A DNA stretch of 50,661 bases. Source: an uncultured Prevotellaceae bacterium. Its GTDB lineage: Bacteria > Bacteroidota > Bacteroidia > Bacteroidales > UBA3663. Location of the stretch: the NCBI GenBank assembly GCA_964495625.1, contig CAZBWT010000001.1, positions 1 to 50,661 of the forward strand. The letters are read 5' to 3'. A program made the position numbers and the translations under genes. Below, in pieces: positions 47,688-50,661 of the stretch (the first letter of the stretch is position 1; each line of letters starts with the position of its first letter). Below the pieces are notes generated by a model, which was not told the origin of the DNA, searched no databases, and saw nothing but the letters and a program-made list of their open reading frames with translations.

Positions 47688-48206
47688 TTGATTCCCTACG
47701 ATTTAACCCAGATTAAAGCCTTAGTCTTCGACGTAGACGGCGTGCTCTCAGCCTCCACCGTGGCAATGTTGCCCGATGGTCAGCCCACGCGCACCCTCAA
47801 CATCAAAGACGGCTATGCCTTGCGCCTCGCCGCCAAGCGCGGCTTTGAAGTTGCCATCATCACCGGTGCCCGCACCGAGAACGTCCGCCTGCGCTATGCC
47901 GGTCTGGGCATCAAGCACATCTATCTCGGTGCCTCGGTCAAGATTGAGCAGTATGCCGACTTCTTGCAGCGCACCTCTCTTACTGATGCCCAAGTGCTCT
48001 ATATGGGCGACGACATCCCCGACTATCAGGTCATGCAGCGCGTGGCGTTGCCCGTGTGCCCCGCCGATGCTGCTGCCGAAGTGAAGGCTGTGAGTCGCTA
48101 CGTGTCGCCCTACGCCGGTGGCTGCGGTTGCGCCCGCGACGTAGTGGAACAAGTGCTCAAAGCCAACCACTGCTGGATGAGCGACCAAGAAGCCTTCGGG
48201 TGGTGA
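47688..48206 (+). CDS. kdsC: KDO 8-phosphate phosphatase-like HAD-IIIA hydrolase
   Basis: 172 aa. LVFDVDGVLS and YMGDDIPDYQVM motifs. The start must be non-ATG (TTG 47688 or ATT 47691) because the first in-frame ATG lies after the DxD motif. Confidence 0.75.
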   Translation: MIPYDLTQIKALVFDVDGVLSASTVAMLPDGQPTRTLNIKDGYALRLAAKRGFEVAIITGARTENVRLRYAGLGIKHIYLGASVKIEQYADFLQRTSLTDAQVLYMGDDIPDYQVMQRVALPVCPADAAAEVKAVSRYVSPYAGGCGCARDVVEQVLKANHCWMSDQEAFGW

Positions 48207-48241
48207 GCCACCTATCAGTGCAGCCTCACCCCTCAAAGTCC

Positions 48242-48294
48242 GCAAACGTTCATCATAACACGCCCCCAAAAATCCTGCAAACATTCATCATAAC
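48242..48294 (+). repeat. 18-bp direct repeat gcaaac(g/a)ttcatcataac x2 (35-bp period)
   Basis: Copies at 48242-48259 and 48277-48294, 17/18 identical. The second copy ends 8 nt before the maf ATG. Confidence 0.9.
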
Positions 48295-48302
48295 TTCCCC
48301 CT

Positions 48303-48902
48303 ATGCATATCACTAAATTGCTCCTTGCCAGCAACTCGCCCCGCAGGCGTGAGCTGCTTGGCGGCTTAGACATACCTTATGAGGTGGTGCGCCTCAAGGA
48401 TGTCGCAGAAACCTATCCGCCCCACCTTTGTGCGGGCGACATACCGCTCCACATCGCCTCGCTCAAGATGGATGCTTACGACATGCCATTGGCTTCGGGC
48501 GAAGTGCTCATCACAGCCGACACCGTGGTGTGGCTCGATGGGCGGGTGATGGGCAAGCCTCACGACGAGGCAGAAGCCGAAGCCATGCTCACCGCCTTGG
48601 CAGGACGCACTCACCAGGTCTACACCGCCGTGTGTCTGCGTTGGCAGCAGGGCAGTCGCCGCTTCGTGTGCGGCACCGATGTCACCTTCGCACCGCTGAA
48701 GCCCGAACAGATACACTACTATGTGCAGCACTACCGCCCTCTCGACAAGGCGGGTGCCTATGGCATACAAGAGTGGATAGGCTACGTGGGTGTGCAGCGC
48801 ATTGAGGGCAGCTACTTCAACGTGATGGGCTTGCCCGTGCAGCGACTTTACACCGAACTGCAACGCATCGAAAACGAACAGCAACGCATCGAAAATGAGT
48901 AA
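48303..48902 (+). CDS. maf: Maf-family nucleoside-triphosphate pyrophosphatase
   Basis: 199 aa. LASNSPRRRELL and KAGAYGIQ motifs. C-terminus carries a duplicated QRIENE heptad. Confidence 0.88.
   Translation: MHITKLLLASNSPRRRELLGGLDIPYEVVRLKDVAETYPPHLCAGDIPLHIASLKMDAYDMPLASGEVLITADTVVWLDGRVMGKPHDEAEAEAMLTALAGRTHQVYTAVCLRWQQGSRRFVCGTDVTFAPLKPEQIHYYVQHYRPLDKAGAYGIQEWIGYVGVQRIEGSYFNVMGLPVQRLYTELQRIENEQQRIENE
48858..48899 (+). repeat. In-frame 21-bp tandem duplication at the maf 3' end
   Basis: ctgcaacgcatcgaaaacgaa / cagcaacgcatcgaaaatgag, 18/21 identical. Encodes LQRIENE-QQRIENE then the stop. Confidence 0.9.
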
Positions 48903-48920
48903 TAACCAATCATAAATTCA

Positions 48921-49703
48921 ATGAAGAAAACATTCTCGCATCTCGTGGGCGGTCTCTGTGCCTTGACCGCTGCCGGAGTCATCACCGCTTGCAGCGGTGG
49001 CAAGACCCTCACCATCGACGGCACTTTGACCGCAGAACTCCGCTCCATGCTCGAACCCGGCGACACCCTTGCTTGCCTCGTCACCCTTGAGGGCGACACC
49101 TTGGCGCAGCAGCGCATTGCCGACGACGGTTCGTTCTCACTCACCTACACGGTCGATGAAACTCAGCTGTGTCTCCTTGAGTTGGGTCCGCAAATCAACG
49201 GCATCATAGTGGCTGAACCCGGCAAGCTGAGCGTCTCGTTGGAAGAAGCCCAGTTCATCGCCACCGGCACACCGCAAAACGATGCCCTGACCGAGTACTT
49301 CACCACAGCTACCGAATTAGAGAACTCCACCCTGCAGCGCATCTACTCGTTGCCGCAGCCAAGCGACAGCGACTCCACGCTGACCACCAAACAGACTAAC
49401 TTCTCGGCAATTATGAACGAGTATCTCGCCTCGTTGCAGCGCCTCTCAGACTCCATCTACAATGCCAACTTCGACAACGAGGTGGGTCTCTTTATGGCAC
49501 TCTCGCAGATGCAGTCCATGAACACTTCGGCTGAGGTGCGCGAACGCTTTGGCGACAACGAACATGTGATGTCGTCACCCTGGGTGAAGGAGATTTTGGA
49601 CGACATGGATAATGCTTCGGCAGACTTCGGTCCCGACATCGACGAGGCAGACATCATAGACAGCATTGGCGACGACACTCCGGATGACCCCGACCAGTTC
49701 TGA
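48921..49703 (+). CDS. Lipoprotein, DUF4369-like N-terminal domain, acidic C-terminus
   Basis: 260 aa. Signal plus lipobox (VITA|C). LTIDGTL...DDGSFSLTY pattern reminiscent of DUF4369. Asp-rich tail. Family not searched. Confidence 0.55.
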   Translation: MKKTFSHLVGGLCALTAAGVITACSGGKTLTIDGTLTAELRSMLEPGDTLACLVTLEGDTLAQQRIADDGSFSLTYTVDETQLCLLELGPQINGIIVAEPGKLSVSLEEAQFIATGTPQNDALTEYFTTATELENSTLQRIYSLPQPSDSDSTLTTKQTNFSAIMNEYLASLQRLSDSIYNANFDNEVGLFMALSQMQSMNTSAEVRERFGDNEHVMSSPWVKEILDDMDNASADFGPDIDEADIIDSIGDDTPDDPDQF

Positions 49704-50277
49704 GCCGAAACCCACGGCAGAGAAAGTCATTCTCGGCATCGACCCCGGCACCAACGTCATGGGCTATGGATTGCTCGAGGTGGCAGACAAGAAGCCGCGG
49801 CTCGTGGCGATGGGCGCGTTGGAGCTGTCGAAGGTCGAGAGTCACTACCTGCGTCTGCGTCGCATCTTCGACTGTGTGGTTGAGCTGATTGAGCAATATC
49901 ACCCCGATGAGTTGGCAATAGAATCGCCCTTTTTGGGCATCAACGTGCAGTCTATGGTGAAGCTCTGCCGCGCGCAGGGGGTAGCCATGGCTGCGGCTGT
50001 GTCGCACGACCTGCCGGTGTTTGAATATGCCCCGATGAAGGCGAAGATGGCAATCACCGGCAACGGCGGTGCCTCAAAAGAGCAAGTCTCAGCCATGCTC
50101 TGTCGCATCTTGCACATCGCCCCTGCCGATTTAGGCAAGCGGCTCGATGCCACCGATGCCTTGGGCATTGCGCTGTGTCACTTCTACGAAACTTCGCGTC
50201 CCTTGGCTTCTGCCGGTGGCAGCTGCAAGTCGTGGAAGGATTTTATGCAGCGGCATCCAGACAAGGTGCGTAAATAA
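49684..50277 (+). CDS. ruvC: Crossover junction endodeoxyribonuclease RuvC
   Basis: ILGIDPGTNVMGYGLLEV catalytic-Asp N-terminus. I prefer ATG 49684 (197 aa) over TTG 49666. Overlaps the upstream gene by 20 nt. Confidence 0.85.
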   Translation: MTPTSSEPKPTAEKVILGIDPGTNVMGYGLLEVADKKPRLVAMGALELSKVESHYLRLRRIFDCVVELIEQYHPDELAIESPFLGINVQSMVKLCRAQGVAMAAAVSHDLPVFEYAPMKAKMAITGNGGASKEQVSAMLCRILHIAPADLGKRLDATDALGIALCHFYETSRPLASAGGSCKSWKDFMQRHPDKVRK

Positions 50278-50315
50278 CCCGGTCGCGCACCCCGTTGGTG
50301 TGGCTTGATAATCAA

Positions 50316-50380
50316 AACGAAGGCTCTCCGCAGGGCAGACAAATTGGTCTGTGCTGCGGGGAGCCTTCGTTATTTTTTTT
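50316..50380 (+). terminator. Rho-independent terminator after ruvC
   Basis: 18-bp stem aacgaaggctctccgcag/ctgcggggagccttcgtt (one mismatch) followed by a(t)8. Confidence 0.85.
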
Positions 50381-50661
50381 AGTGGGCATCGCCATAAGAG
50401 GGTCGGCATCAGAGCCGGTCAAGAGAACTTGCGCCTTCACGATTTCGGGGGTGAAAATCGAAGCATACGAGTGCACAAAACCATGTAGAAAGGCGATGAG
50501 CTACCTTAGTTAGAGTCATTTTCTTGTCTGGTTGTACTGTAAAATTAATAGAGTCGATATGAGATATTAAATATTTTCATAAATTTGCGTCGTCACACTT
50601 GATACAAATTAGGGTTCACTGAATAATTAAAAGGGCCCTTTGGCGGGGTAAGCCGCATGGC

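Overview
This 50,661-bp window reads as ordinary chromosomal core of a Bacteroidota bacterium (Bacteroidales, Prevotellaceae-like). The species cannot be assigned by eye. Supporting signals: recurrent TAnnTTTG -7 promoter boxes (three with TTTG 18-20 nt upstream), G-poor A/CA-rich leaders without Shine-Dalgarno sequences, a T9SS C-terminal sorting domain, a CarboxypepD_reg-type TonB-dependent receptor, a 7-gene V-type ATPase operon containing a DUF2764 gene, and a PPi-dependent phosphofructokinase. I call 35 protein-coding genes in six strand blocks. Block 1 (-): DUF3089-like lipoprotein, LolCE/FtsX permease, rbfA, O-methyltransferase, pyk, aroQ. Block 2 (+): xerD, TPR lipoprotein, lon, CPA2 antiporter, rlmH, gyrA, TPR protein. 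Block 3 (-): T9SS cargo protein. Block 4 (+): TonB-dependent receptor, DUF4876-like lipoprotein, DUF6850-like barrel, M16 peptidase, GH3-family ligase, HAD hydrolase. Block 5 (-): V-ATPase E, DUF2764, A, B, D, I, K. Block 6 (+): patatin-like phospholipase, pfp, mgtC, ilvE, kdsC, maf, lipoprotein, ruvC. I saw no rRNA, tRNA, CRISPR array, transposase, phage or recognisable defence genes, so this is not an obvious accessory island. The items most worth a second look are: (1) an uncharacterised outer-membrane trio, TonB receptor + LTD-like lipoprotein + second beta-barrel, with an M16 peptidase directly downstream; (2) a tightly coupled bacterial GH3-ligase/HAD pair; (3) a GC-rich patatin protein with a long Arg-rich C-terminal half (possible type Vd autotransporter); (4) an 860-bp gene-free tract with two orphan divergent -7 boxes, one of which together with a bidirectional terminator frames a three-hairpin sRNA candidate; (5) a 68-residue acidic insertion in the GyrA C-terminal domain. 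All family names come from reading motifs and from memory of domain architectures. No database search was run.
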